From NCBI GenBank assembly GCA_963770415.1, contig CAVYPU010000005.1:1596-65595 (forward strand): a DNA stretch of 64,000 nt, in the 5' to 3' direction. Below the pieces are notes generated by a model. It ran no database searches. It saw nothing but the letters and a program-made list of their open reading frames with translations, and had not been told where the DNA came from. Position numbers and translations under genes: made by a program. The DNA is from an uncultured Acidobacteriota bacterium. Lineage in GTDB: Bacteria > Acidobacteriota > Terriglobia > UBA7540. Positions 37,093-47,832 of the stretch are shown here, piece by piece. Numbering within the stretch: position 1 is the first letter of the stretch; each line of letters opens with the position of its first letter.

Positions 37093-38323
37093 GGTAGCGG
37101 CGGGCCACCCTTCCCCCCGGGGAGAAGGCCTGGAGGTTCTACATGTGTGTCCCATGGGTAGAGTGCGGCTCTGCCGCCCCAGGGGATGTAGGGGTAGGGC
37201 TTGCCCTACCCTTGGAGTTTCTATATTTGTGTCCCATGGGCAGAGTGCGGCTCTGCCGCCGTGACTTGCGGAAAGGCTTGCCTTTCCCTGGAGTTTACAC
37301 ATTTCACATGGAGGTCAACCGGTTGCTAACGCTCCCACCACTTTCGGCTTCGCCATTGGCTAACGCTCTCACCTCTTTCGGCTTCGCCGCCTGCTCCGTG
37401 GAAAGGCTCGGCCTTTCCATCGGCCTCCCACCGTCTTCTATTTTTCACCCGGCGAGGCTGTGCCTCGCCGGGCCCTCATCGTTGTCTGCGCCACACGATC
37501 TCGTCCAGGTCCCACGGAGTGTCCCGGGAAATCGTAAGCATGAAAGGATGGGAGGCGCAGCCTCCTCGAAAGAAATAAGTACGGAGAACGCTATGGAAAG
37601 GCCGAGCCTTTCCACGGAGCAGCGGGCGGAGCCCTTCCCGCGGCAGATAAACACGACCCAACAAATGCTTCACCCGAAATGTAGAAACTCCAGGGAAAGG
37701 CTTGCCTTTAGGGCGAAGGGAGGGGAAGGCGCAGCCTTCCCCCATAAGAAAGTAGGGTGCTGGTTTGCGGAAAGGCAAGCCTTTCCGCAAGTCAGGGCGG
37801 CAGAGCCGCAAGTCGACCGGCTGGCGCAGAGCGAAGCTGTGCGGATCGGCAAGTGTCGAATCCAGGAAAATCGCAGAGCTTCGCTCTGCGCCAGCCAAAT
37901 TCGATAAGTGGCGTAGCGCGGACCGCCGACTTTGCGGTCCGCGTCTTTTCGGCCACCACCCTTTCAGGACTCGCGCGATATGACGGAAAGCCGCAGACCG
38001 CAAACCCGGCGGTCTGCGCTACCGACTCGGCGCCAGCCAATTTCGATAAGTAAAGAACTTTGGGACGCACTACCGAAAGCCGCAGACCGCAAACCCGGCG
38101 GTCTGCGCTACCAACCAGTCAGGCAGGAAGCTATCCGCCAGGACATGGACAAAGTTACCCTGCATCCTGTTAAGAATTGAATCCCCCAACCAAATGATCT
38201 ATAAATGTTAGCCCGCGTGGAAGGCCCACGCGATGGTAGTCGGACCTGTGGACGCCGGCGAGCACGTGCATGCCGTAGTGGCAACGGTGGGCGTCCCGGG
38301 CACTCGCGAGAGAGGTTTCTAAA
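37093..38323. repeat. 1.2-kb gene-free array of direct, inverted and nested palindromic repeats
   Basis: Tandem ~78-nt units lie at 37131-37313 (tggagKttctacat..gtgtcccatgggYagagtgcggctctgccgcc + hairpin) and recur inverted at 37681-37815. There is an inverted pair at 37391-37422 / 37591-37622. Hairpins occur at 37449-37473, 37550-37565 and 37724-37741. A 16-bp inverted repeat lies at 37823-37838 / 37877-37892. MITE copies lie at 37913-38023 and 38073-38112. Confidence 0.85.
37913..38023 (+). repeat. ~112-nt MITE-like foldback element, copy 2 (plus right-half copy at 38073-38112)
   Basis: gtagcgcggaccgccgactttgcggtccgcgtcttttcggccacc...ggaaagccgcagaccgcaaacccggcggtctgcgctacc. It is flanked by a 22-nt direct repeat, gcgccagccaaWttcgataagt, at 37888-37909 and 38030-38051. 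Confidence 0.85.
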
Positions 38324-39583
38324 TTGATGAACATAGGTCTTGTATTTTTCCGCCGGCCGCAACAGGCGAAACCTCCCGTGTTGCCGCCGGTTGCTTGTGC
38401 AGGCATCCCCAAGACCTACGGTGGTTCGTCCGCCAGGGTGCGCGCCGTGCTGATCCTGGCTGCGGCGGTTGGTGTAATGGCAGGCGCGAGTTGCAACAGT
38501 CCGAAACCCCAGGCTGCTGCTCCGGCGAAGCCCATTTCGGTGGCCGTGGTGAAGGCAATCCAAATGAACGTGCCCGTCCACGCCGAATGGGTAGGAAGTC
38601 TGGACGGCTACGTCAATGCGCAGATTCAGGCACAGGTCAGCGGGTACCTCATCAGCCAGAATTACAAGGAAGGCTCCTACGTCCATAAGGACGATGTGCT
38701 GTTTGAAATCGACCCACGGCCGTTCCAGGCTGTGCTCGACCAGGCAAAAGGGCAACTGGCTCAGGCGCGGGCGCAGCTCTATTTGGCCGATGTCAACGTG
38801 AAGCGGGATACGCCGCTGGTCAAGGAGCGGGCCATCGCGCAGAGCCAACTTGACACCGAAACCGCCGCGCAGATGCTGGCTCAAGCCTCTATTCAGGCGG
38901 CTGAGGCCGCCGTCGAGCAGGCGCAACTCAACCTCGGCTTCACCAAGGTTCGCTCCCTCGTGGACGGGATCGCGGGAATCGCCACGACCCAAATGGGCAA
39001 CCTGGTATCGCCCGCGGCCGTTCTGACCACCGTGTCCAAGATCGATCCGATTAAGGCTTATTTCCCCATCAGCGAGCGGGAATACCTCCAATTCACTTCC
39101 AAGCTGCTGAAGAAGACCTCGGCCAGCGGTTTGCTGCGCGACTCGGATGCGAGGGCTCTTGAACTGATCCTTTCCGATGGTTCAGCTTATCCGCACAAGG
39201 GTCAGGTGATCTTCACCGACAGGCAAGTGGATATGCAGACCGGAACCATTCGGGTGGTCGGAGCGTTTCCCAATCCCGGGAATATCCTGCGCCCTGGCCA
39301 GTTCGGGCGCATTCGCGCGCTGCTTGGCGAACTCCACGGAGCGGTTGTCATTCCGCAACGCTCCATAACGGAGCTTCAGGGAACCTACGAAGTGGCCGTC
39401 GTCGCCGCCCAGAACACCATCTCAGTCCGAAAGGTGAAAGTCGGAGACCGCGTGGGTTTATTGTGGGTCATCGAGGAAGGCTTGGCTCCAGGCGAAGAAG
39501 TGGTTTCGGACGGCACCTCGAAAGTGCGCGAAGGCATGCAGGTCAATCCCATCCTCGAGCCCCGGCCAGAAGGAAACCGATGA
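38324..39583 (+). CDS. RND efflux periplasmic adaptor (membrane fusion protein)
   Basis: The sequence 'VNAQIQAQVSGYLISQNYKEGSYVHKDDVLFEIDPRPFQAVLDQAKGQLAQARAQL' covers the lipoyl and hairpin regions. Its stop overlaps the next gene's start (ATGA at 39580-39583). The true start may lie downstream of 38324. Confidence 0.85.
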   Translation: MMNIGLVFFRRPQQAKPPVLPPVACAGIPKTYGGSSARVRAVLILAAAVGVMAGASCNSPKPQAAAPAKPISVAVVKAIQMNVPVHAEWVGSLDGYVNAQIQAQVSGYLISQNYKEGSYVHKDDVLFEIDPRPFQAVLDQAKGQLAQARAQLYLADVNVKRDTPLVKERAIAQSQLDTETAAQMLAQASIQAAEAAVEQAQLNLGFTKVRSLVDGIAGIATTQMGNLVSPAAVLTTVSKIDPIKAYFPISEREYLQFTSKLLKKTSASGLLRDSDARALELILSDGSAYPHKGQVIFTDRQVDMQTGTIRVVGAFPNPGNILRPGQFGRIRALLGELHGAVVIPQRSITELQGTYEVAVVAAQNTISVRKVKVGDRVGLLWVIEEGLAPGEEVVSDGTSKVREGMQVNPILEPRPEGNR

Positions 39584-42500
39584 TTTCCAAGTTTTTCATC
39601 AACCGTCCCATTGTGGCGATGGTGATCTCTATCGTGATGGTGATCGTGGGAGCGGTGGCCATGGTCACCCTTCCGATTGCGCAGTTCCCCGATATTATCC
39701 CGCCTGAGATTCAGGTGCGCGCCTCGTTCCCGGGAGCGGACGCGAAAACCATGCAGGAGTCGGTCGCCACTCCCATCGAAAGCCTCATGACCGGCGTGGA
39801 CTACATGAACTACATGTATTCCACCAACGACAACGGCGGAAACACCAGTTTGACTGTGAATTTCGACGTCGCGACCAGTCCCAATATCGATCAGGTTTTG
39901 ACCCAACTTCGCGTTACGCAGGCCACTCCGCAGTTGCCGGCCATGGTGAATACCACCGGGGTCGTGGTGCAGAAGTCCCGCTCGGCGGCCATGATGGTGA
40001 TCTCGTTCTATTCGCCCCACGCCACTTACGACCGGAATTTTCTGACCAATTACGCTCTACATCAACTACGTCGATGAACTTTCGCGCGTGCCGGGCGTGG
40101 GCCGGGTGCAGGTGTTCGGCGGCCAGTACGCGATGCGAATCTGGGTGAAGCCTGACAAGTTGGCCAAGCTCGGTGTGACGGTGCCGCAGATTGTCGCCGC
40201 GCTTCAGGCGCAGAACACCGTCAACCCCTCGGGCCAGGTCGGCGCGGAACCGGTGCCCCAGGGCCAGGAGTTCACTTACACGGTACGTTCGCAAGGGCGG
40301 CTGGTGATGCCCGAGGAATTTGACCAAATCGTGGTGCGCGCCAATCCGGACGGATCAACCCTGCGTCTCAAGGATGTGGCGCGCACGGAACTGGGAGCGC
40401 AGAGCTACGGCTTCGATGGACGATTCAATGGCATGCCCGCGTCAAACATGGGCATCTATCAACTGCCCGGTTCGAACGCGATTACGGCCGCCGCCGGAGT
40501 TCGCGCCAAGCTCGATGAGTTGGCGAAGCGGCTTCCGAAAGACATGGATTACGCCGTCGGCGTGGACACCACGAAGGCAGTCAGCGCAGGCATTCATGAC
40601 ATTCTGGTGACGCTGTTTGAGGCCCTTTTGCTGGTCATCCTCGTCGTTTACATTTTTCTGCAGGGCTGGCGTCCGACGTTGATTCCCTTGCTCGCGGTGC
40701 CGGTTTCCCTGATCGGAACTTTCGTGGTTTTCCCGATGCTGGGGTTTTCGATCAATACTCTCTCCTTGTTCGGGCTGGTGCTGGCTATTGGCTTGGTGGT
40801 GGACGACGCCATTGTGGTGGTGGAAGCGGTCGAGCACCATATCGAAGAAGGAATGACTCCGCGTGACGCTACGATTCTGGCGATGCAGCAGGTCTCGGGG
40901 CCGGTCATCGCCATTGCGCTGATCCTCGCGGCGGTTTTTATCCCCACGGCCTTCATTCCGGGAATCACCGGCAGGCTATACCAGCAGTTTGCGGTCACCA
41001 TCGCAATTTCCGTAATTTTCTCAGCTTTCAATGCGCTCACGCTGAGCCCCGCACTGTGCGCGTTGCTTCTCAAACCGCGGAAACGCGTCCGCGGCCCGCT
41101 GGGCTGGTTCTTCCGGGGATTCAACCGGGCGTTCGGCACCTCGAGGGATGGGTACATCAGTTCCTGCCGCTTGCTCATCCACAAGTCCGGTCTCAGCCTG
41201 ATTTTCCTGGCGCTTGTCGCCGTCCTGGGCGTGGGCATGGGAAAGAAGCTGCCTACATCCTTCCTTCCCGAAGAAGACCAAGGCTACATGATGATCTCGC
41301 TGAAGCTGCCCATCAGCGCCTCGTTGCAAAGGACGAGAGAGGCCACGCGCAAGGTGGAAGCGATCGCGAGCAAAATACCCGGAGTGGAATCCGTGACTAC
41401 GATCATGGGGTGGAGCGTGCTGAGCGGTACCCAGAGTTCGTATGACGCGCTATTTTACGTCCGCTTCGTGGACTGGGACCTGCGCCAGTCGCCGGAACAA
41501 CATGCGCAGGCCATCCAGGAACGCCTCAATCGGGAACTCCCGGAGGTTAAGGAAGGGATCTGCTTTGCGTTCTCGCCGCCCGCGATCCCCGGCATTGGGG
41601 CTGCGGGTGGCGTGAACTTTGTGCTCGAGGACCGGTCAGGGACAGGCGGGGATTTCTTTGCCAACAACCTTGACCGCTTTGTGGCTGCGGCGCAGCAGCG
41701 GCCGGAACTGGGGCGAGTCATCGTCACCTACGCCGCGCATGTTCCGCAAATCTATGTGGACGTGGATCGTGAAAAAGTGATTCGCCAGAACGTGGACCTT
41801 GCGGGAGTGTACCAGACACTCGAGACGTTCATGGGCGGGTATCTCGTGAACTACTTCAACCGCTTCGGACGCCAGTGGCAGGTTTACCTCGAAGCCGAGG
41901 GTGAGTACCGCACCAACCCGAACAACATCGGCCAGTTTTATGTGACCAATCCCAAGGGCAACATGGTGCCGCTCAGCACCCTGGCCAATATTCGAAGCAT
42001 CAGCGGTCCCGAGTTCCTGATGCGCTACAACGAATACAACGCGGCGCAGGTGAACGCCACGGCCGCTCCCGGCATCAGCTCGGGACAGGCCATGAAGGTT
42101 ATGGAGGAAGTGTTCGCACCAAACCATGCCGCGCGAGATGGGCTTTGACTACATGGGCATGTCGTTTCAGGAACAGAAAGCCGCCCAGGGCGTTCCGGCC
42201 GGCGGCGGTTTTCGGGCTCTCGCTCCTGTTTGTCTTTCTGATCCTGGCCGCCCTTTACGAAAGCTGGTCCCTGCCTTTCAGCGTCTTGCTGGGTACGCCG
42301 ATTGCCGTCGCCGGAGCGTTCCTGGCGCTCATGTCCGGCACTTTGAAAACGATGTTTACACGCAGATCGGCATGGTCATGTTGATTGGCCTCGCCGCCAA
42401 GAATGCCATCCTGATCGTGGAGTTCGCCAAGAACGAGCACGAGCGCGGAAAGAGCGTAGTCCAGGCCGCGCTCGACGGCGCCCGACTCCGCCTGCGTCCC

Positions 42501-42746
42501 ATTCTGATGACGTCTTTCGCCTTCATCCTGGGTTGCGTCCCGCTCTGGACGGCACACGGGTCCGGGGCAGCCGGGCGCCGCATATTGGGGACGGTTGTGA
42601 TCGGTGGCATGGCTGCCGCCTCTTTGATTGCGATTTTCCTGATTCCGGTTACCTTTGCCGTCGTCGAGGGCGCTTCTTCATGGCTGCGCCGCCGCTCCAA
42701 ACTGCAGCCTGAGGTCGCTGAGCCAAAGGGGGAGCAGCCAGCATGA
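39580..42746 (+). pseudogene. RND (AcrB-like) efflux permease with about four frameshifts
   Basis: 'MISKFFINRPIVAMVISIVMVIVG' (frame 1) reads to about 40055. '..YINYVDELSRVPGVGRVQVFGGQYAMRIWV' (frame 2) reads to about 42130. Then come '[23 protein letters not shown]' (frame 0), '[43 protein letters not shown]' (frame 1) and '[28 protein letters not shown]...' (frame 0). The breaks are at about 40051-40062, 42124-42135, 42188-42208 and 42331-42346. Confidence 0.85.
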
Positions 42747-44143
42747 TGCGCGTGACCAGGGGATTCTCAATCCTGCTTCTGCTTCTCTTGTCCGCCTGCA
42801 CGGTCGGGCCGAACTACCAGCGCCCCAAGACCAACGCTCCGGGCCAATATCGCGGAGCGCCGTCCGCCGTTCCGGTGGCGGCTTCCTCCGAATCGCTGGG
42901 AGACGCCAAATGGTGGAAAGTTTTCCAGGATGAGCAGCTTCAGGCGCTTATTCGCACCGCCCTCGAACAGAATTACGACGTGCACATTGCTGCGGAACGT
43001 GTCCTAGCGGCTCAGGCAGAGATTCGAATCGCACGTTCGAATCAATACCCATCTGCAGGGGTGGGGGTTGGCGGCACGACTGAGCGCGAGTCCTCCAGCC
43101 CCGCTTCCGCCGCTTTTCGGTGGGATTATTTGCAGGTGGGGGGCGCCGCGTCGTGGGACATCGACTTCTGGGGGAAATACCGGAGGGCGACCGAAGCTGC
43201 GCGCGCCAATTTGTCCGAAACCGAGTGGGGAAGGCGCGCCGTGGTGAGCACTTTAGTGGCGAATGTAGCCGGCGCCTATTTCCAGCTCAGGTCGCTTGAT
43301 TTGAACCTCGAAATCACGCAGCGAACCTTGACCTCCCGGCAGGAATCCTTGCGGCTCACGAAGCTCCTTGCGGATCACGGAGCGGTTTCGATGGTGGACG
43401 TGCGGCAGGCGGAACAGCTTGTCTATACAGCCTCTGCCACCCTCCCCGACCTCGAGCGGCAAATCGAACAGGAGGAGAACTACATCAAGCTCCTGCTTGC
43501 TCAAAACCCAGGGCCGATCACTCGGGGACACAGCCTGACCGAACAAGCGCGGCCGCCCGTGGTTCCCGCAGGGCTGCCCTCCCAACTGCTCGAACGGCGT
43601 CCCGACATTCACGAGGCTGAGCAGCAATTGATTGCAGCCAATGCCCAGATCGGTGTGGCGCGGGCCGCCTACTTCCCATCGATCTCGCTGACAGGGACCG
43701 CCGGGTTCATGAGCTCTGCCCTGACTAACCTGTTCACGAAACCATCAGCCGCTTGGGATGTCGCCGTTGCCGCCGCCCAGCCGGTCTTTACCGCCGGTCT
43801 GTTACAGGCCAATGTCCGGCTAGCGGAAGCTCAACAGCGACAAGCCCTGCTGGCATACCAGCAGACGATTCAGAATTCGTTCCGGGACGTCTCCGACGCT
43901 TTGGTGGCCTACCAGAAGACCCGTGAGGTGAGGGAACAACAAGAGCTCTTGACCGCCGCCTCGCAGGACTCCGCTCGCCTCGCGCATGTGCGCTACGACG
44001 GTGGCCGCGCCACTTACCTCGAGGTCTTGACCAACGAAACCAATTATCTCGCCGCCGCGTTGAACCTCTCCCAGGCGAGGCTCAATGAGATGCTCTCCCT
44101 CGTGCAGATTTACAGTGCGTTGGGCGGCGGCTGGCAGCAATAG
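42743..44143 (+). CDS. RND efflux outer-membrane factor lipoprotein (NodT/OprM family)
   Basis: Lipobox 'LLLLLSAC' followed by '[10 protein letters not shown]'. The protein has two repeated halves. Its ATG overlaps the permease stop (ATGA). Confidence 0.88.
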   Translation: MMRVTRGFSILLLLLLSACTVGPNYQRPKTNAPGQYRGAPSAVPVAASSESLGDAKWWKVFQDEQLQALIRTALEQNYDVHIAAERVLAAQAEIRIARSNQYPSAGVGVGGTTERESSSPASAAFRWDYLQVGGAASWDIDFWGKYRRATEAARANLSETEWGRRAVVSTLVANVAGAYFQLRSLDLNLEITQRTLTSRQESLRLTKLLADHGAVSMVDVRQAEQLVYTASATLPDLERQIEQEENYIKLLLAQNPGPITRGHSLTEQARPPVVPAGLPSQLLERRPDIHEAEQQLIAANAQIGVARAAYFPSISLTGTAGFMSSALTNLFTKPSAAWDVAVAAAQPVFTAGLLQANVRLAEAQQRQALLAYQQTIQNSFRDVSDALVAYQKTREVREQQELLTAASQDSARLAHVRYDGGRATYLEVLTNETNYLAAALNLSQARLNEMLSLVQIYSALGGGWQQ

Positions 44144-44214
44144 CCTCCTTTATCGGGCGATTGGACGCCACCCTGCCGTAGCTGGCTTGTGGATAAACCG
44201 TGTGGTAGATTGAT

Positions 44215-44486
44215 GTGGTGATGCCGGTAATAACAACCAGCGATACGCACCCCACGGCTGAAAACTTACAGATTGAAATCCTGCGTTCGATGCCGGCGGC
44301 CGAGAAATTTCGGCTGTTGAACGGACTCATCGTTACCGGCCGGATGCTGAGTCTCGAGTGTCTCCGGGACCGTTTTCCGACCGCCGGCCCGAGGAATTTT
44401 ACCGCCGGCTCGCCACGCTGCTTCTCGGCTCCGAACTTGCCGCCAAGGTGTATGGACCCGAACCGCAGCCTCCGACGATAGGGTAG
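44215..44486 (+). pseudogene. small conserved hypothetical protein with one frameshift
   Basis: 'TAENLQIEILRSMPAAEKFRLLNGLIVTGRMLSLECLRDRFPTAG' continues in another frame as 'PEEFYRRLATLLLGSELAAKVYGPEPQPPTIG*'. The break lies in the run ggccc at 44383-44392. Confidence 0.55.
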
Positions 44487-44498
44487 TTTCCAGCTAAA

Positions 44499-45911
44499 TT
44501 ACTCGCCTCCGCCTTTCGTCACCTTCACTTCTCCCAGAGTACCGCGGTCCACTCCGCGCTCATCGATGAGGTGCAGGGCCACTCGATCAGTCTCAGGAGG
44601 CGCGGGAATGGTCGAGTCCAATGAAACGGCTTCGAGCGGATCGGCCTTCGCTACATCTACGGCTTTGAGCGCCACGCCCCGAGCGTCGTAGAGGCGTGCC
44701 ACCAGGCGGCCGGAATAGAACACCCCGAAGAAACCTGTGAGCCGCACGCCGCCGGCAGCGGGGAGAGCAACTAGCTCGCGTCCGATCGGCCCGGCATCGG
44801 TAACATCAACCAGGTGCGGCGTCATGCGAGTGGGAAACCACTCTGTGTCAAAGGGGTAGGTCTCGCCGGGAGCCAGGGTCACGAGCGGGCTATTGAGCTC
44901 AGCTTCCATGTAGTACGGCACGTCCTCGAGCTTCGTCCGCGACACCTCCGGCATTCCGTCCTTGTTAAGGTGCAGGCTGGGCCCGTTGACATAGAAGATC
45001 ACGGAGGCTCGCTCCGGGTAATCCGCGCCGTGGAAGAAAGGAAAACGTTCCACCATGGCGTAACTCGACGTCCCATCGACGACCGTAACCCAACCTGCGG
45101 TCGAGTCTACGCCGACCTCGCCCTCCATATATTTCCAATGCAGCGCAAACAGGTTGTTGTCCAGGACACCGTAAGAAGGGTGGTCGATCGGCCCCGCATG
45201 CGCGTCGAATCGGCGATTAAATACGCTCGCGGGATTGGCCAGCGTGAAGGCCCAGAAATCGCGGTTGTAGTTCGTCGCATCCTTGGGCGATGCGGTGTTG
45301 TACTGCGACACGGATTGCACCGACCAGCGGATACTGTGCCCCGTGATGTTCTTCATTACCGCGTGGAAGGCGATTCTGGGCGAGTCGGCGGCGATGCTGA
45401 TCTCGCGCGAGTACTCGAGGCCCGTTTTCTCGTCCGGCGGGCCTTCCATTCGTATCGTGCAGGTCTTGCCGGTGGAGAGAACTCGAAACTGATAAATCCC
45501 GTCATCCAAAATATCCGAGCCGACGATCCAGTGTTGCTCGTCCTGCTCGCCCTCGGGAAGCGGCCAGATCTTGTCGCCTCCGTAGTTGAACCATTTTCCT
45601 TGGCCCGCACCCTGTTCGGGAGGGAAGTACTTACCAAGATAAACGGGATTTACGAACAAGTACGAGTGGGAACCGAGGGTAACTTGCATCAGCCGCCCGC
45701 CGAGCTTGGGTACGAAGATCAGCGTCACCCAGCGATTGGCCATGCGCTCGGCGTCCCAGCCTTGGAAGTGGGTCGGCTCGACAACGCAAGCGGAGGGAGT
45801 TTGGTCGGCTTGCGCTACGGCCTTGGCGGGAATGACAGCGGATATAAAGCATGCGGCAACGGCAAGCGCCGCGCGGACGTGACGTGGCATGTTATGTAGT
45901 CCCCTTATCAC
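44499..45911 (-). CDS. secreted DUF4380-like (galactose-mutarotase-like) protein, function unknown
   Basis: Signal peptide 'AALAVAACFISAVIPAKAVAQ', then 'VTLIFVPKLGGRLMQVTLGSHSYLFVNP...GGDKIWPLPEG...'. The family call is from memory and is tentative. Confidence 0.6.
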   Translation of the reverse strand: MIRGLHNMPRHVRAALAVAACFISAVIPAKAVAQADQTPSACVVEPTHFQGWDAERMANRWVTLIFVPKLGGRLMQVTLGSHSYLFVNPVYLGKYFPPEQGAGQGKWFNYGGDKIWPLPEGEQDEQHWIVGSDILDDGIYQFRVLSTGKTCTIRMEGPPDEKTGLEYSREISIAADSPRIAFHAVMKNITGHSIRWSVQSVSQYNTASPKDATNYNRDFWAFTLANPASVFNRRFDAHAGPIDHPSYGVLDNNLFALHWKYMEGEVGVDSTAGWVTVVDGTSSYAMVERFPFFHGADYPERASVIFYVNGPSLHLNKDGMPEVSRTKLEDVPYYMEAELNSPLVTLAPGETYPFDTEWFPTRMTPHLVDVTDAGPIGRELVALPAAGGVRLTGFFGVFYSGRLVARLYDARGVALKAVDVAKADPLEAVSLDSTIPAPPETDRVALHLIDERGVDRGTLGEVKVTKGGGE

Positions 45912-46015
45912 TGTGGCACCCGTTCTTTCGGCGTGGACCCCTGCTTGCGCCGGGCGACGAAGGCTTGACTTCCATTGCTCTGATTGGGCCGGGGGCCTAC
46001 GTCCACTAAGAGGTG

Positions 46016-46127
46016 GGTAGCGTGGACCGCCGATTTTGCGGTCCGCGTCTTTTCGGCCACTACCCTTTTAGGAGTCGCGCCGTACCACGGAAAGCCGCAG
46101 ACCGCAAGCCCGGCGGTCTGCGCTACC
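46016..46127 (+). repeat. ~112-nt MITE-like foldback element, copy 3
   Basis: ggtagcgtggaccgccgattttgcggtccgcgtcttttcggccactaccc...ggaaagccgcagaccgcaagcccggcggtctgcgctacc. Confidence 0.85.
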
Positions 46128-46196
46128 AAACTGTGGCGAGCGAAAGCTCAAGGGATCGCCGCTCAGTCTGCCGGCGAATCGGCTCGGAATGCCCCG

Positions 46197-47042
46197 TTAT
46201 TCTTCCCGGTGCCGGCGGCGTTCGCCCGAGGGGCTACCTGGCACTTCCACATGGCGGCCGCTATGCGAAATGTAGCTGACCACGTCATCCAACTCGGCGG
46301 GACTAAGCCGCGTGCCGTAGTCCGCAGGCATCAGCGAGCGCCCGGTGCGTTCCAGCTTGGCGATTTCAGTTTTCATGAGCATGTGAAAGGCACCGTCGGT
46401 CCCCTGTAGTTGCAATGAAAAGTTGTCTTCGTTGCGGACCAAGCCTGACCACCGTTGTCCGCCGATGGTTTCGACGTTGACCACCTCTTCGCCCGGCGAC
46501 AACTTACGGTCTGAGCGGACGATCGACTCACGGATCTCCTGAGGTGAATGCGCCACGGCAAAGTCCGAAAGGTCGGGTCCGATAAACCCGCCTTTTCCCG
46601 CCATCATATGGCAGTCGCCGCATCGTGCTTTGCCGAGGAATAGCTGCTCGCCGTGGGCGGGGTCGCCTTTCACAGGTTCGACGCTGGCCGTCCCACTCAA
46701 GGAGCGCAGATACTTCACCACGGCGCCGAGATCGCTCTCGGGAAGGTAGCTGAAGGAAGGCATCCCTCCGGCGGGAATCCCTGTGTGCAGGGTTTGCAAT
46801 AGTGCTTTATCCGATTCTTGCTGGACAGTTTTGGAGTTTGCAATCCCTGGCGCGTGCTCTCCGCCACGCGCGTCGAGTCCGTGGCACAAGGCGCAGTGGG
46901 ATTGGAAGCTCTTCCGGCCGGCGGCGAGAGCCGCGGAATCCTGCCCGCCGGGCCGCGAGGCGGAATGGGCCGGGGCTTGCTGCGCCCACCCTGTAAAGGC
47001 GATAGCCAGACAGAACGGAAACAGCCACACTCTCAGGACCAT
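46197..47042 (-). CDS. dihaem c-type cytochrome with C-terminal planctomycete/verrucomicrobial-type haem-binding domain
   Basis: Two CxxCH motifs ('HCALCHGLD', 'RCGDCHMMAGKGG') after the signal peptide 'MVLRVWLFPFCLAIAFTGWAQQ'. The start at ATG 47042 is derived from ORF-track arithmetic. Confidence 0.8.
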   Translation of the reverse strand: MVLRVWLFPFCLAIAFTGWAQQAPAHSASRPGGQDSAALAAGRKSFQSHCALCHGLDARGGEHAPGIANSKTVQQESDKALLQTLHTGIPAGGMPSFSYLPESDLGAVVKYLRSLSGTASVEPVKGDPAHGEQLFLGKARCGDCHMMAGKGGFIGPDLSDFAVAHSPQEIRESIVRSDRKLSPGEEVVNVETIGGQRWSGLVRNEDNFSLQLQGTDGAFHMLMKTEIAKLERTGRSLMPADYGTRLSPAELDDVVSYISHSGRHVEVPGSPSGERRRHREE

Positions 47043-47322
47043 TTTGGACGCACCGGTCATACCGTTTGAGATCCCCATCCCGCCTATGTGCGGGCGGTGC
47101 TTACCCAGGGCCGAAGGCCCTTCGGCCCTATGCCAGGCAGACTTTATCTCTTGTCGATGGGGGCGCCATTTGCAGCCTAACTTACGGTTGTTAATCCTAA
47201 CATTCGCGGTGGACCGTGTCCAGCGTCCGACTGGCGTACTGGCAGACTGGGTCGAGCTCGCCCCCATAAGCGTTTACATAAAGGTTTCTCCATTGTTCGA
47301 AGCTGCGTTAGCAGCGCCATAA

Positions 47323-47494
47323 TGTGGCCCACGGCGAGCCAGCCGTGGGATCCGAGGTGCGCGGTCACTCTTGAGCCACGGTAGTGGCGACAGAAGAATC
47401 TTCCCCGATCCCTCGGGATTATGTCGCCCCTGCCGGGGCTTAAGAGATATTCTCACTTTCCCCTGTTCCCACGGCTGGCTCGCCGTGGGCCACA
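47323..47494. repeat. 172-nt foldback element with perfect 28-bp terminal inverted repeats
   Basis: tgtggcccacggcgagccagccgtggga (47323-47350) is the exact reverse complement of 47467-47494. The interior carries smaller palindromes (atccctcgggat, gcccctgccggggc). Confidence 0.85.
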
Positions 47495-47832
47495 CTATAT
47501 CGCCCGCCAAGGCGGGCTTTTGGGCACGTCTGGCAGTCAAGTAAACGCTTATGGGGCTCGCCCCCCAACCTCCGCAGTGAATCACCCCTGCCCATGGAAC
47601 GATGCTCTCCCTCTCCTCGAGGGAAAGGGCCGTCAACGATGATTGATTTCAGTCCTCTCCCAGGGGGAGAGGGCGAGAGTAGCGAGCCGGGTGCGGGGTT
47701 TCTTCCCATAGAGCATCGCAACTTCGGAATTCGGGTTTATGCCACATGCGCTACGAGTAATGCTAAGGCACTATTTCCTTCCTGTTAAAAGCATTGACGA
47801 GGCAACCCCGGTTGTACTAATTTCATCTACAG

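Noticed and set aside
37093-38323. Possible CRISPR array, considered because of the many repeats in a gene-free 1.2 kb
   Set aside because: The repeats are of several unrelated types, of unequal length and spacing, and many are inverted relative to each other. There is no regular repeat-spacer periodicity, and no cas genes occur in the window.
40051-42346. Programmed ribosomal frameshifting as an explanation for the split AcrB-like gene and the other split genes
   Set aside because: There are no slippery heptamers or conserved stimulatory structures at the break points. The breaks occur in unrelated genes and mostly in short G/C runs, which fits indels (technical or mutational).
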